Source: a virus (taxonomy: Duplodnaviria > Caudoviricetes). From it: a stretch of DNA of 35,176 nucleotides. Shown one piece after another: positions 15,313 to 25,142 of the stretch; the first letter of the stretch is position 1, and each line of letters begins with the position of its first letter. The stretch spans positions 1-35,176 of the IMG/VR virus record IMGVR_UViG_3300030116_002679, one strand, 5' to 3'. The translations under genes were made by a program, and so were the position numbers. The notes beneath the pieces were generated by a model. That model saw only the letters and a program-made list of their open reading frames with translations. It was not told the origin of the DNA and searched no databases.

Positions 15313-17459
15313 CCCTCTTCTAAGCGGCGGAGCCGGTCATGAATGTTAGACTGTGATGCCAGGATAGCTGCCAGGCCGTGGCCGTAGTCAACCATCTTGC
15401 CCTGCGGTGTATCTTTGACAAATGATGCGCCCATCGGCGTCTTTTCTAAATCCTGCGCCATGACGCCAACAAAAATGCCAGGGTCAGAACCTGGTGCGTG
15501 CGGATCTTTGTATTCATATTGATAGGCATTCAGTGCATCCAAAAATCCCTCTACCTGGCTGTCAGCTGCGCGGATCTCACGTTTCATTCTGTAGTCAGAT
15601 GAGGCTGCTGCAATAGTGGCGTATCCAGTAATTGCTGTGCCTATCAATTCTAATAGTGCGCCTTGTCTTGCAGTGTCAGCTTGTGACATACGCCACTGTC
15701 GGGTCAGCTCGGCAACATACCGCTGTGTTTCTGCATCCAGCTCTGCCAGATCCCGCTGCACCTCAAAACCCATTTCTGTCAAACTTGCCTGAAGCTCTGC
15801 TAAATCTACTTTTGTAATAAGTCCATAAAGAGCTTGCTGAGAGCTGAAATTGGCAAGGGCAAGAGTATCGTCTAAGGCCCTGCTTTGTAGTGCCAGCGTG
15901 GCGTTTGTGCGTGCTAATATGGTGTCTTTTTCCAAGTTTGCAAGTGCAGTTGCCAGGTCTAGTTTGCCCTGCTCCAATGCTTCTTTTTTCCGAGCATTAA
16001 GGTTGGCAATCTCAACATTAGTGCTGGCTGTTGCATCTGCAATGACACGCGCCAGGTTAGTTGATTGGATTGACAGCTGCCGGGCCTGTTCCAAGTCCGC
16101 ATTTTTAAAAGCCGTTTGTCTGCGTGTTTCTAAGTTTGCCAGCTCCACCTGGGCCTGAATCGTGCCTTTGGTACGCAGCACTTCAATCAGTGCCTGCTCG
16201 GCTTGCTGTGCTTCTTGTGATCTTAGGATTGCGCCTTGACCTACAGCTGCCTGCTGTGTGTCTGCATATATTTGCCGGAGCTGCCGCAGTTTTGCAGGAT
16301 CAATATCATTGCCTGCTTCCAAACTTAGCAGCTGTTTTAAATTGCGCTCTGTTGTTTGCGCCAGCTGCTGCTCTGCAACTGATGCAGTTTTACCATCAAG
16401 CCGGTCATTTATTTTTTGAGCCAGCTGATCAAAATCCTCGACTGCAGTGATGTCACCAATATTGATTGCTGTAATTTGATCAACAGTAACCTGGTCCGGG
16501 GTGTCTACAGCTGCCGTTGTGGGTGCAGTTGCTTCTGCAGTTTGTGCAATGGTTTGAGCAGCTGCGTCTGCTACCGGCACCGCTTCTACTGATTGCCTGG
16601 CAAATTCTTCAACCTCGCCGGGTGTCAGTGTAAATGCTTCTTCCCGGTCAAATGCGTACCGTGCAGACTCGTACATAGCCAACCGGGTTGCATTAGACAG
16701 CCTGCTATAACCCTCATCACCAATGGTTTGTATGATCTGCTGTGCGCCGTTTTCAGGGTTTGCCCGGATTGTGTTATTCAGGGCCTCGACATACAGCGGG
16801 ATTTGCTCCCGTGCTTCATTGACTGCAACAGCTTTAGCATTATTGAAAGCCGTTTCTATTTCTGATTCTGGAAGATAGGTAAAACTCGGCAGCTGATTAT
16901 TAGTTTTTAATAAACTAAAATTTGCGTCTGTAGTCAGATTATTAAATGACGTTGCTAGAGTTGCCCGCTCTGCATCAATTGCTGCGTTTGCTGCATCTCT
17001 TGCAGCTGCAGAATTGTATTCATTGCCTAGTTTGTCATAGTATTTTGGCGGCGGCGGAGGAGGTGGCGGAGTGTCGTTGTCGCGCTGTCTTTGTTTTTCT
17101 TGCTCATCCATCATGTCTTGGACACGCTGCTTTGGATCTCTTTCAAACTGCTTATCAATTGATGTTCTTTCTTTTTTTTCAGATTTAGATGATTCTAATC
17201 CGCCCCTAGATTGAGTTGACTGAGATTGACTTCCTGAGCTTGGTTTGTCACCAGGTCCGCCTCTTCCTTTTGCGTAACTTCTAATCGGCCCGCCAGCTGG
17301 ACCCATGCCTTGCGTACCAGGTAATGCTTCCCCTGCTCCTCCAAGTGCTTTCAGCAGCTGCGCCTCGCCACTATTAATTGCAGCCAGGCCCTCACCACGC
17401 TCTTGTAAAATCTGCGCTAACCGTTGCAGATCCGCTTCATTCATCATTTGATTAATCAT
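15309..17459 (-). CDS. Putative ejection protein with C-terminal peptidase S74 (intramolecular chaperone) domain
   Basis: Long Ala/Gln/Leu helical body; C-terminal SSDYRMKREI...YQYEYK...GVMAQDLE...MVDY pattern. Confidence 0.7.
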   Translation of the reverse strand: MINQMMNEADLQRLAQILQERGEGLAAINSGEAQLLKALGGAGEALPGTQGMGPAGGPIRSYAKGRGGPGDKPSSGSQSQSTQSRGGLESSKSEKKERTSIDKQFERDPKQRVQDMMDEQEKQRQRDNDTPPPPPPPPKYYDKLGNEYNSAAARDAANAAIDAERATLATSFNNLTTDANFSLLKTNNQLPSFTYLPESEIETAFNNAKAVAVNEAREQIPLYVEALNNTIRANPENGAQQIIQTIGDEGYSRLSNATRLAMYESARYAFDREEAFTLTPGEVEEFARQSVEAVPVADAAAQTIAQTAEATAPTTAAVDTPDQVTVDQITAINIGDITAVEDFDQLAQKINDRLDGKTASVAEQQLAQTTERNLKQLLSLEAGNDIDPAKLRQLRQIYADTQQAAVGQGAILRSQEAQQAEQALIEVLRTKGTIQAQVELANLETRRQTAFKNADLEQARQLSIQSTNLARVIADATASTNVEIANLNARKKEALEQGKLDLATALANLEKDTILARTNATLALQSRALDDTLALANFSSQQALYGLITKVDLAELQASLTEMGFEVQRDLAELDAETQRYVAELTRQWRMSQADTARQGALLELIGTAITGYATIAAASSDYRMKREIRAADSQVEGFLDALNAYQYEYKDPHAPGSDPGIFVGVMAQDLEKTPMGASFVKDTPQGKMVDYGHGLAAILASQSNIHDRLRRLEEG

Positions 17460-17460
17460 T

Positions 17461-20400
17461 TTACACCAATTTTTGCTGTGGCAATTTCATGCCGGTTGGC
17501 TTGATACCAACCTCTAGCATTAAATTGCTGATGCTGTAGCTTTGGCCAATTTCCGGCGCAGTAGATCCGCTGTCTTCACCGTCTTCAATGCTGAACCTGA
17601 TTGACTCGCATTTTTGTTTTCCCAGGTTCATGCGGAATTGGTAGACGCCATCTGCCACCTCGCTGGTCCCGCCACCAAAAACTTCAGATCCAAACGGGTT
17701 TTCATCACCAAAATTTTGTATGCCGAGGTCACTGCTATAATTAAAATTATGGGTTTCTTGATATGATTGCTGATAATCAAAACCTACTTGGACTCGTAAA
17801 TTGTGTTTGCTTTTGTAATCTCCTAACACAAATGCTTTGCGGCACCGCTGCAATCCTTGAATGTTATTGGTTTTGATCCAGGCTGTGGTTAACTTGAGCG
17901 GAAATCTGGCACCGTTGTCAGTATAGTTCAGGCTTTGCTGCCATACCTCGCCGTTGGTCCGCAAATATACATAGTTGCCAGTCTTAACCCACACTGTGGC
18001 ACCACTACCCTGGTGATCTGAAAACGTACTCCACTTATTAAAAAAATAATCATAGACCAGGGTTGTGCCGTCACTGCTCAAAAACCGCACCTGGTTCTGG
18101 TCCTGCAGCAGCTCCGCGCTGGTTATGATCTGGTTATTGAATGCTTCTACTGGCGCACCTACATAAACCGTTTCCAGTGATCTGTTAAGTAAATAGATGC
18201 CTTTGTTAGATTGAAACATAATGCCCTGCGGGATCAGCACAATACTGCGCGGCTCGGAGCAGCCTGCGTCTGAAGTAATGAGTGCAGGATCTGAAAAATC
18301 ATTTTGATCCCCGGTTGTGGTTGGTCCTGCGCCGGTCATGGCAAAAATACGGTCTTCTTCAAAAATAATTAGCTTTTCATCCATAGCCTGCAGACCAGTA
18401 ATTTCTTTAGCTTCCGGCACTGTGATGGTAAACGTATCGCTGAAATCAATGGCGTTGTTGCCAATCTGCTGCTTGCTAAAATGCAGGACATTAGGATTTT
18501 CTGATGACACGGCAAACATACGTTGCCCAAAAGTGCCAAGCACTGAAATGGCAGGCGGGCTGATGTTTTCTAAAATGCCGCCAGTAGTATATAAATTTTC
18601 TTTGGCAACCAGGTTGGTGTCATTGATCGCACCGTTGTCTGCAAAACTGACTGTGTCTGCGCTGGTGTCGTTGGCTACTGTGCCAATCTTGTAATAGACC
18701 GTTCCTGCTGCAACTGTTCTGTAGACTTCTATGGTGACGTTTGCATGGTCTGTTATCCGCAGCGTTGGGATGGTGATGGTATTGATGGAACTGCCGCCGC
18801 CAGATGCTGCTTGGCTTTTTGCTACAGACGGCGCAGAGCGGTGTATGTGACCTTTTGCATCCTGGTAGACATAAATAACTTTGTATGAATAAGTCCCGTC
18901 TGCCAAAGATCCGCCACTGGTTGCTGTGCCGCTGGTGACGTTTTCCGGGAAAATATGAAAACCTAATTCATCAATAACCTGGCTGTCATACTGTGATAAA
19001 AATCCGCCGCCTAAAACCAGCACCTTGCCCAGCTCTTTATTTAAAAATGTCCTGCCACCTACAAAATCAGCTTTGATCCGGGCCAGACCTTTTAATCCAT
19101 ATATGTCATTGTCGCGAGATTCCAACCGGGTTGTAACCTGGACCGGCAGCTCAAATATACCTGATGAAATATTGATCCATGACGATGGCACGGGCCTGGT
19201 AGGCAATGCGCCTGCAGATGACTGTTTAAATTTAGCCAGTACCAGCCCGCTGCTGTCGATTAAAAAATAGGTAGGCTGCAAGCTAGATTCATGCAGCACA
19301 AAAATATAGCTGGTTCCGTTGTATAAAAATGGCCTGGATACTAACCCAACCGAGCGCATGACTACAGTGGCCGAGCCTATTGAGTCAGCACTGGTGTCAT
19401 AGACCCGTAGATTCAGCAGATGGTTATATGTTTGAGCAGCACTGTGTTCATAGTAAACATCCAAATTGCCTGCACTGTTGTAGACCATGCCAATGCGCTT
19501 GATCTCTGTTGCATCCCCGCTGGCTGTGTTTGCCGTTGTGCTTAGATCCGTGTCGAGTCTAAAAACTTTTAATCCGCTGCTGTCGCTGTTTTTTGATACA
19601 GCTACATAAATATCTGTGGCTGTTGCCTTGTCTGCATAGATGCTGATTGCATCCTCCGGCTGCGTAGATATTGTTACAATATTAGGAAATCCGTTTGCCA
19701 AAGTTCCCTGTTCCCCGGAGCTGGTAATGTAGCAGACTTTCAATGTGCTGCTGTTGTCAGCGTAGGCCAAGACCGCGCTATCATCTGCTGTAGTATCGTA
19801 TTGATGAACATCAAAAATGCTGATGCCAGTGCTGATGTCTGATGCTACTGATTTTGCTGCAGCAAAACTTTGCGGATTATCCGTATTAATTTGGCGTGAT
19901 TTGATGATGCTTCCAGAAACTGTATCAACATATAACACAGTCAAATTTTTACCTTGAGCTACGCAGCGCGGTAATGTCCCGGAGTTAGTCAGCTGTACGT
20001 CTTCCAGAATAACAACATCATTGCCAGAATCTACAACACTGGCGCGGATTCCGCCGCTGGTATCCTCCCATGCGTAAACGATGACGCCGTTTGATTCTGC
20101 TGAATCTGTAGCGCTTTGTTCATTTTCATTTCTAATGATGTCTGCGCTGGTTGCATCAACGGACCTAAAACCGCCACGGTCAATCCATTTAGTTAATCCA
20201 GACGCGTAGCTATACAGTTTGTTTGATCCAAAAGCCAGCAGCTCATCTTCCAGGCTAGTTAATGCCTCGCCAGTTGGTAATGCTGTGCCGTCTAAAACCT
20301 CGGTTCCAAGTGCATCATATCCATATCGTTTTGTAACAACTGAGCCGCGAGTAAATACACCATTTTCTAGCTCAACTAAATTAGTAGGCAATACCAGCTT

Positions 20401-20466
20401 TTGATCAGTTTTTGTGTCAATTGATCCACTTAGATCAATCGGAACCATCGCTTTCTGTAGTGCCAT
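17461..20466 (-). CDS. Putative tail nozzle / tail tubular protein B-like
   Basis: 1001-aa beta-rich protein; LENGVF...VTKRYGY N-terminus; propeller-like segments (LIIFEEDRIF, AGCSEPRSI, TLVYDYFFNKWS); precedes the ejection genes. Confidence 0.65.
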   Translation of the reverse strand: MALQKAMVPIDLSGSIDTKTDQKLVLPTNLVELENGVFTRGSVVTKRYGYDALGTEVLDGTALPTGEALTSLEDELLAFGSNKLYSYASGLTKWIDRGGFRSVDATSADIIRNENEQSATDSAESNGVIVYAWEDTSGGIRASVVDSGNDVVILEDVQLTNSGTLPRCVAQGKNLTVLYVDTVSGSIIKSRQINTDNPQSFAAAKSVASDISTGISIFDVHQYDTTADDSAVLAYADNSSTLKVCYITSSGEQGTLANGFPNIVTISTQPEDAISIYADKATATDIYVAVSKNSDSSGLKVFRLDTDLSTTANTASGDATEIKRIGMVYNSAGNLDVYYEHSAAQTYNHLLNLRVYDTSADSIGSATVVMRSVGLVSRPFLYNGTSYIFVLHESSLQPTYFLIDSSGLVLAKFKQSSAGALPTRPVPSSWINISSGIFELPVQVTTRLESRDNDIYGLKGLARIKADFVGGRTFLNKELGKVLVLGGGFLSQYDSQVIDELGFHIFPENVTSGTATSGGSLADGTYSYKVIYVYQDAKGHIHRSAPSVAKSQAASGGGSSINTITIPTLRITDHANVTIEVYRTVAAGTVYYKIGTVANDTSADTVSFADNGAINDTNLVAKENLYTTGGILENISPPAISVLGTFGQRMFAVSSENPNVLHFSKQQIGNNAIDFSDTFTITVPEAKEITGLQAMDEKLIIFEEDRIFAMTGAGPTTTGDQNDFSDPALITSDAGCSEPRSIVLIPQGIMFQSNKGIYLLNRSLETVYVGAPVEAFNNQIITSAELLQDQNQVRFLSSDGTTLVYDYFFNKWSTFSDHQGSGATVWVKTGNYVYLRTNGEVWQQSLNYTDNGARFPLKLTTAWIKTNNIQGLQRCRKAFVLGDYKSKHNLRVQVGFDYQQSYQETHNFNYSSDLGIQNFGDENPFGSEVFGGGTSEVADGVYQFRMNLGKQKCESIRFSIEDGEDSGSTAPEIGQSYSISNLMLEVGIKPTGMKLPQQKLV

Positions 20467-20584
20467 TTTCCTGATCTTGAAGTGCTTGCCGGTAACCTAA
20501 TAATCTTTGTTGTATTGCGTAATATTCATTAATTTTGTTTTGAACTTGAATTAGTTCAGCATCGATTTCTTCTAGTGTCTTCAT
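20435..20584 (-). CDS. Small coiled-coil protein (49 aa, MKTLEEIDAELIQVQ...)
   Basis: Hand-translated; ATGA overlap with the upstream stop. Confidence 0.6.
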   Translation of the reverse strand: MKTLEEIDAELIQVQNKINEYYAIQQRLLGYRQALQDQENGTTESDGSD

Positions 20585-20889
20585 TCAGGCTTTGGATTGT
20601 CTGATTTGACTTTAGCTACTGCATCCTTCCACGTTGTTGTCCCATTAACTTGATCCCAATATTGCATATCAAGCTGATCTTGAATGCTTGGGTATTGGGA
20701 TGCTCTGTCTCGTTGGTATTGGTTTGCTTCGTATTCTGCTTGGAGTTCAGCTAGTTTTGCATTTACTTGTTCAAGAGTTGCAGGATTTTCTGGTGCATTT
20801 ACCCATTCTATTTGTGAGTAGTCATCATCTCGTAAAATAAAAGAATTTTCTGGATGTAATGCATTAATAGCATTGGAAATATCAATCAT
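20581..20889 (-). CDS. Putative tail fibre assembly chaperone (XkdW-like)
   Basis: YQRDRASQYPSIQDQLDMQYWD...WKDAVAKVKSDNPKP motif of marine phage fibre-associated proteins. Confidence 0.7.
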   Translation of the reverse strand: MIDISNAINALHPENSFILRDDDYSQIEWVNAPENPATLEQVNAKLAELQAEYEANQYQRDRASQYPSIQDQLDMQYWDQVNGTTTWKDAVAKVKSDNPKPE

Positions 20890-21485
20890 CGTTGCACCTC
20901 CATAACTGTTAAATATCTTTTACCTATTTGAAGATTTTGGGTTTGATTAGGATTGTTTTCATTGTAATTAAAAGCATAAAAACCTACTGTAATATTTCCT
21001 GTTGCTATTGTGTCACCACTATATTCACCAACTAAAAGTGATCCTGACCAATCTTCGCCATAACTCGATGAAAAGCCATAAGCACCATAAAATGGGAATA
21101 TACTGCCTTCGTAGCCTCTATTATTTCCTGAAGCATCGGGTACTACAAAAATACCTCCCCAACATCCTTTGTTTGACATTAATCCATCAATAGATTGACA
21201 TCCAAACCAACCACTAAGCATTAAATCATTACCAGATGTAACATTTACAGTAACAGATGCTATTTTGGTATATACTCTAAAATTAGTATGAACATTTGTT
21301 ATATTATCGGTATTAGTTGCTTGCCCACCAGTATTTGAAACAGTTAAGTTAGATGTAACTTGATCAGACCATACATTGACTATTGAACCCGAAGGTAAAG
21401 TCACATTACTTAGTGTCCCTGAATTAAGGTAAGTCGTAACCCCGTTGGCTGACTTTAGTTGGTCGGCTTGTATGATACTAGGCAT
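20886..21485 (-). CDS. Short tail fibre / receptor-binding-like protein
   Basis: PSGSIVNV motif and LTVMEV terminus; G/S/T/N-rich beta content. Confidence 0.65.
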   Translation of the reverse strand: MPSIIQADQLKSANGVTTYLNSGTLSNVTLPSGSIVNVWSDQVTSNLTVSNTGGQATNTDNITNVHTNFRVYTKIASVTVNVTSGNDLMLSGWFGCQSIDGLMSNKGCWGGIFVVPDASGNNRGYEGSIFPFYGAYGFSSSYGEDWSGSLLVGEYSGDTIATGNITVGFYAFNYNENNPNQTQNLQIGKRYLTVMEVQR

Positions 21486-21490
21486 GATTT

Positions 21491-21709
21491 TTATTCTGGT
21501 TTAGTGGGCCATTCAACCTCAGTTAGATTTCCATCCGACCATTTTGCATTTGGTGAATTTTTTGGAAGATCACGCAAGGCTTGTCGGTACTCTTTAAGTG
21601 CAGTTGCATCACTACCATTTTCTAGTGCTTTTATCATCTCCCAATCGGTTACACTAAGTAACAAATTTCTTTCTTTTCTTAGGTAATGTAGTGGATCTGA
21701 TATGTTCAT
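21491..21709 (-). CDS. Tail fibre assembly chaperone
   Basis: LRKERNLLLSVTDW...YRQALRDLP...WPTKP signature. Confidence 0.85.
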   Translation of the reverse strand: MNISDPLHYLRKERNLLLSVTDWEMIKALENGSDATALKEYRQALRDLPKNSPNAKWSDGNLTEVEWPTKPE

Positions 21710-22308
21710 GTCTTCACCTCAAAAACTGTTAAAGTGCAATTTGCCCCACTACCTGCATAATTCAAATACCTTGTTGCAGGGCTGACAACTTCGCTGGCAA
21801 AATAAATAGTTTGATTGGCTGTATTAGATAATGTTCCGTTTACAACAAAACACGCAGTACAAGATTCAGGTATATATCTCCATTTACATTGAAGACCAGT
21901 AAGAACTGTTGCTCCATGGCTAGTATTCCCCTGACCTGCAGTGAATGAGCTGGTTTTATAGGCTAATGACATTGTGGCTGAACCAGTTGTTGTATTAGAA
22001 TAAATTTCACCATAAGTAATTAGCCCCATCACTTTTGCGTTAGCTTGTATTATTTGCATACTTACAACTGGGCCAACTACTTCTGAAGTAGAACTAAACC
22101 CAACATCACCTGTAAAATTATACATACCACTATTAGCTTGCAAAATGTGACCACCAAAAGAACCAGAAGCGGGTCCGGGAAAAACAACTGAAGAACCTAA
22201 AGTCCCTGCACTTATCGTATTATTAAACGAAACATTCCCACTACTAATGGTAATCGCTTCGTTGTTAGAAGTGTCTCTAATACTGTTTACTTTCAGTTCG
22301 CTAGACAT
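21706..22308 (-). CDS. Short tail fibre / receptor-binding-like protein
   Basis: MSSELKVNSI N-terminus, GHILQ motif, LTVFEV terminus. Confidence 0.65.
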   Translation of the reverse strand: MSSELKVNSIRDTSNNEAITISSGNVSFNNTISAGTLGSSVVFPGPASGSFGGHILQANSGMYNFTGDVGFSSTSEVVGPVVSMQIIQANAKVMGLITYGEIYSNTTTGSATMSLAYKTSSFTAGQGNTSHGATVLTGLQCKWRYIPESCTACFVVNGTLSNTANQTIYFASEVVSPATRYLNYAGSGANCTLTVFEVKT

Positions 22309-22574
22309 TATTCAGGATTAGTTTGGGATTTTAAGAAAGTCTGATAATTATCTTTTACTTCTTGTGTCATAACCGCATTGAATTGGGCTAATACTATTGG
22401 ATCAGTTATTGTAGAAGCATCGTGATCTGGTTGAATGACGTAACGATGAAAGTTTTGTGATATTACTTGCCCATCTTCAAGCACCTGAATAGCTTCACGA
22501 ACTTGTAGTACAAAGTGATCTTGTACTCGTACAGACTCAATTTTGTCTGTAATTGTTTCTTTAGTTAGTGTCAT
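22308..22574 (-). CDS. Fibre-associated small protein (probable chaperone)
   Basis: MTLTKETITDKIE...LQVREA...EDGQVISQNFHRYVI pattern, typically found after DDYEEG-type fibres in marine phages. Confidence 0.65.
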   Translation of the reverse strand: MTLTKETITDKIESVRVQDHFVLQVREAIQVLEDGQVISQNFHRYVIQPDHDASTITDPIVLAQFNAVMTQEVKDNYQTFLKSQTNPE

Positions 22575-23116
22575 TAAGCAGCCTTATAAGAAATTTGAAA
22601 ATGTATTTGTTTTCCATCTCCTAAAGTGGAAGTGGCATCACCATCATATATATTGAAATTAGTACCACTGACTAATAATCCATATTGTCTATGATGTTCA
22701 TCTGCATTTTGAAACATCGTGCTTCCACCCCCTTGAGCATTTCCAACACTAGAATCGGCAGTGAATGGTAATCCTCCAATTGCGCTTGTAGTACCACCGC
22801 TACTTGCTATAATCCATCCTTGGATATGAATCATAGATCCAATTTTTACATAAACTCCAACTGATGAACTACTAACACCCGTGCCTGATGGAGTCCAAGT
22901 TCCTTCTTCGTAATCGTCTAGTAAATTACTTGATGGATTTCCAGAGGTTGCATAAGCAGAAAAATTAATACCTTTGTTCGCAGTAATTTTTATATTTTCC
23001 GCAAAAGTTGCTTCACCATTAGTGGCTACAGTAATACTTGCAGTCCCACCTTCATCTTTAATCGTTAATGCTTGACCTGAAGATGGTTGGATTGTGTTGT
23101 TAGTTACGACTGTCAT
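22574..23116 (-). CDS. Short tail fibre / receptor-binding-like protein
   Basis: KGINFS...NLLDDYEEGTWTP...YVKIG...GGLPF signature. Confidence 0.75.
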   Translation of the reverse strand: MTVVTNNTIQPSSGQALTIKDEGGTASITVATNGEATFAENIKITANKGINFSAYATSGNPSSNLLDDYEEGTWTPSGTGVSSSSVGVYVKIGSMIHIQGWIIASSGGTTSAIGGLPFTADSSVGNAQGGGSTMFQNADEHHRQYGLLVSGTNFNIYDGDATSTLGDGKQIHFQISYKAA

Positions 23117-23676
23117 ACGATGACCAAAGTTCCGTGTACTGCCAATGACCCTGCACTGGCTTCTATGTCGATTAGATTGCCCATGTCATTTCCATGCGTG
23201 GTGCATTTATATCTGAGTTGCGGAGCAGACGCAGCAACCACAATAGTAATGATGCCTGTGCTTGATTGGTTGTCAGTTACTCCAGTGGTGTATGCTGATC
23301 CTGTGCTTGCATTAATAAATGAAATTGGATGAGTTGCGTAAGCAGGGTTACTAAAGTTGTAAGTGCTACCCTCAATCATCCTTAGTCTTGGGTTGTTGAC
23401 TCCATCAATCACAAATATGTTTGTGCCATTGACTGATCCTATGGTCACCGTGTAGGTCAGAGTTTCTGCACCTATTGAGATTGGTCCTGCAATGGCAGCG
23501 TTTTCTCCTGCGCGGATTATGACATCATCGTTGATGGTGCTGGCATTTCGGAACATAAACTCGGTACTCATTCCGCCGGTTCCGCCTTTGGCAACGGTCT
23601 GCCCTCCTGCACGGATCTCAACCTCACCGCGTTGGGTCACTTGCGTGCCGTCCATGACTGCGCCAACTTTTTTCAT
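23113..23676 (-). CDS. Fibre-associated structural protein with inserted cupredoxin-like domain
   Basis: ENAAIAGPISIG...LVIV scaffold interrupted by a domain with THP and YKCTTHGNDMG. Confidence 0.6.
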   Translation of the reverse strand: MKKVGAVMDGTQVTQRGEVEIRAGGQTVAKGGTGGMSTEFMFRNASTINDDVIIRAGENAAIAGPISIGAETLTYTVTIGSVNGTNIFVIDGVNNPRLRMIEGSTYNFSNPAYATHPISFINASTGSAYTTGVTDNQSSTGIITIVVAASAPQLRYKCTTHGNDMGNLIDIEASAGSLAVHGTLVIV

Positions 23677-23969
23677 TATGTACTTGCCTCATCTAATACA
23701 GACACATAGACCGCAACTGTTCCTGTGTCTACTGTTAAAGCTAGAGCATCACCACTTACTGCTACTATTTTGCCCTGAACTAATTCAACTGATCCACCCA
23801 CTGGAATTTCAAGATTTTTAGCTATATCAGTGCCTGAAAGAGTAATGCCTATTTTAGATGTCTGCGTTGCGTGCGTATTGACGCAAAGAATTCCAACAAT
23901 GACATCTGTAGAATTTGCCGTATAGACTGTTCCTGCAGATGTATATTCATATCTTTGAAATGTTGCCAT
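23676..23969 (-). CDS. Small beta-rich tail structural protein
   Basis: VYTA...GILCVN...IPVGGSVEL...KIVAVSGD...VSVLD pattern. Confidence 0.65.
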   Translation of the reverse strand: MATFQRYEYTSAGTVYTANSTDVIVGILCVNTHATQTSKIGITLSGTDIAKNLEIPVGGSVELVQGKIVAVSGDALALTVDTGTVAVYVSVLDEAST

Positions 23970-23972
23970 AAG

Positions 23973-25139
23973 TCAGCCGAGTGCAATTGCAAAAATTATC
24001 GCTTGTGATTCAGCGTATTGTTTAGTCGCTGCTTGAAGTGCAGATGACGGGTCTGCATTAAGTGTGACGGTTCCTGCAAAAGTCGCATTAGCGCCTGACA
24101 TCGTCAAAACAGTGGCGCCGCTGCTTTTGATGTCATTGCCGGTTACCGTCAAATCGCCGCCTATCGTTACATTGTCGCTGGTGTCCATAGTGATCGCAGT
24201 CCCACCGTCAGACGCCAGGATTTGGTTTCCTGTAACTTTTAATTTTGTCCCTACTGCAACAACTCCAGCGCCGTTCGGTGTCAGTGTGATATCACCGTCT
24301 GCACCGTCTGTCAGAGTAATATTCCCGGTTGTGCTGTTGCCGGTTTCCAGGACCAGGTCAAAGTTTCCGCTGCTGGAAAGTTTGCCAGTTGCTCCGCCGT
24401 TTCCAATAACAACTTCACCAGTGCCATGTGGCGAGAGTGTTATGTTAGAATTTGCGGCGCTGGTTGCGAGATCCAGCGTGGAGCTGCTGCTGAGATCAAT
24501 CTGACCGGCAGATGCGGTGATGGATAAGTTGCCGCCTGCGTAGGATGTTGCCGTGGTCAGTACGGTTGCAGTTTCATTTGGTAGGGTCAGCTCGGCGGCG
24601 CTGCCGGTTGCTGTGTATTTGACAATAACATAATCAGTGGTTCCGCTACCGTCTGAAGAATATTTATAAAGCAGCATATCGGAGTGCGCCATCTTGGCGT
24701 ATTCATTACCGCTTTGATTATGAAACCATGTAAACAGATCCTGGGCGCTGACATAGTTTGCTGCAGCCGGGCTGCTTAAATTTGTAATTGATCCGCCTGC
24801 ATTTACAGATCCGCTTGCTGTCAGCTGCACCTGGTTACCACTCGGATCTCGATAGTACAGTTCCCCGCCTAACGCATACAAGGATCTGCTTTGGTCTGTA
24901 GGATGAGATCCCTGGTTTTCAAATGCTGCTTGTTTCAGCTCCAGCGCGTTGTTGCCATTAAACTCCAGGGCTGCATTGATGTTCATTGCAGCAGGCGTGA
25001 TTCTTACGCCCTTGTTACTGGTATGATCATGGTTGTCAATTGCGTCTAAACTGGTGTTTAGATTAGTTGCCCAATCTGGTCCTGGCGTGACCGATACTGT
25101 CGATTTGACAATACTTGTTATATTTGTGCCTGCAGTCAT
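23973..25139 (-). CDS. Proximal tail fibre protein
   Basis: S/T/G-rich, repeated ITLSPHGTG/ITLTPNGAG motif, AATKQYAE and AIIFAIALG terminus. Confidence 0.75.
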   Translation of the reverse strand: MTAGTNITSIVKSTVSVTPGPDWATNLNTSLDAIDNHDHTSNKGVRITPAAMNINAALEFNGNNALELKQAAFENQGSHPTDQSRSLYALGGELYYRDPSGNQVQLTASGSVNAGGSITNLSSPAAANYVSAQDLFTWFHNQSGNEYAKMAHSDMLLYKYSSDGSGTTDYVIVKYTATGSAAELTLPNETATVLTTATSYAGGNLSITASAGQIDLSSSSTLDLATSAANSNITLSPHGTGEVVIGNGGATGKLSSSGNFDLVLETGNSTTGNITLTDGADGDITLTPNGAGVVAVGTKLKVTGNQILASDGGTAITMDTSDNVTIGGDLTVTGNDIKSSGATVLTMSGANATFAGTVTLNADPSSALQAATKQYAESQAIIFAIALG

Positions 25140-25142
25140 CTT

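Noticed and set aside
17047-17070. GGC/GGA trinucleotide run
   Set aside because: It encodes a poly-proline linker with mixed codons and is not a contingency repeat.
11132-17459. Tape measure protein
   Set aside because: No tail tube, tail assembly chaperone or baseplate genes. Three large helical genes after a nozzle fit the podovirus ejection layout.
20886-25139. Diversity-generating retroelement or invertible fibre switch
   Set aside because: No reverse transcriptase, template/variable repeat pair, invertase or inverted cassette seen.
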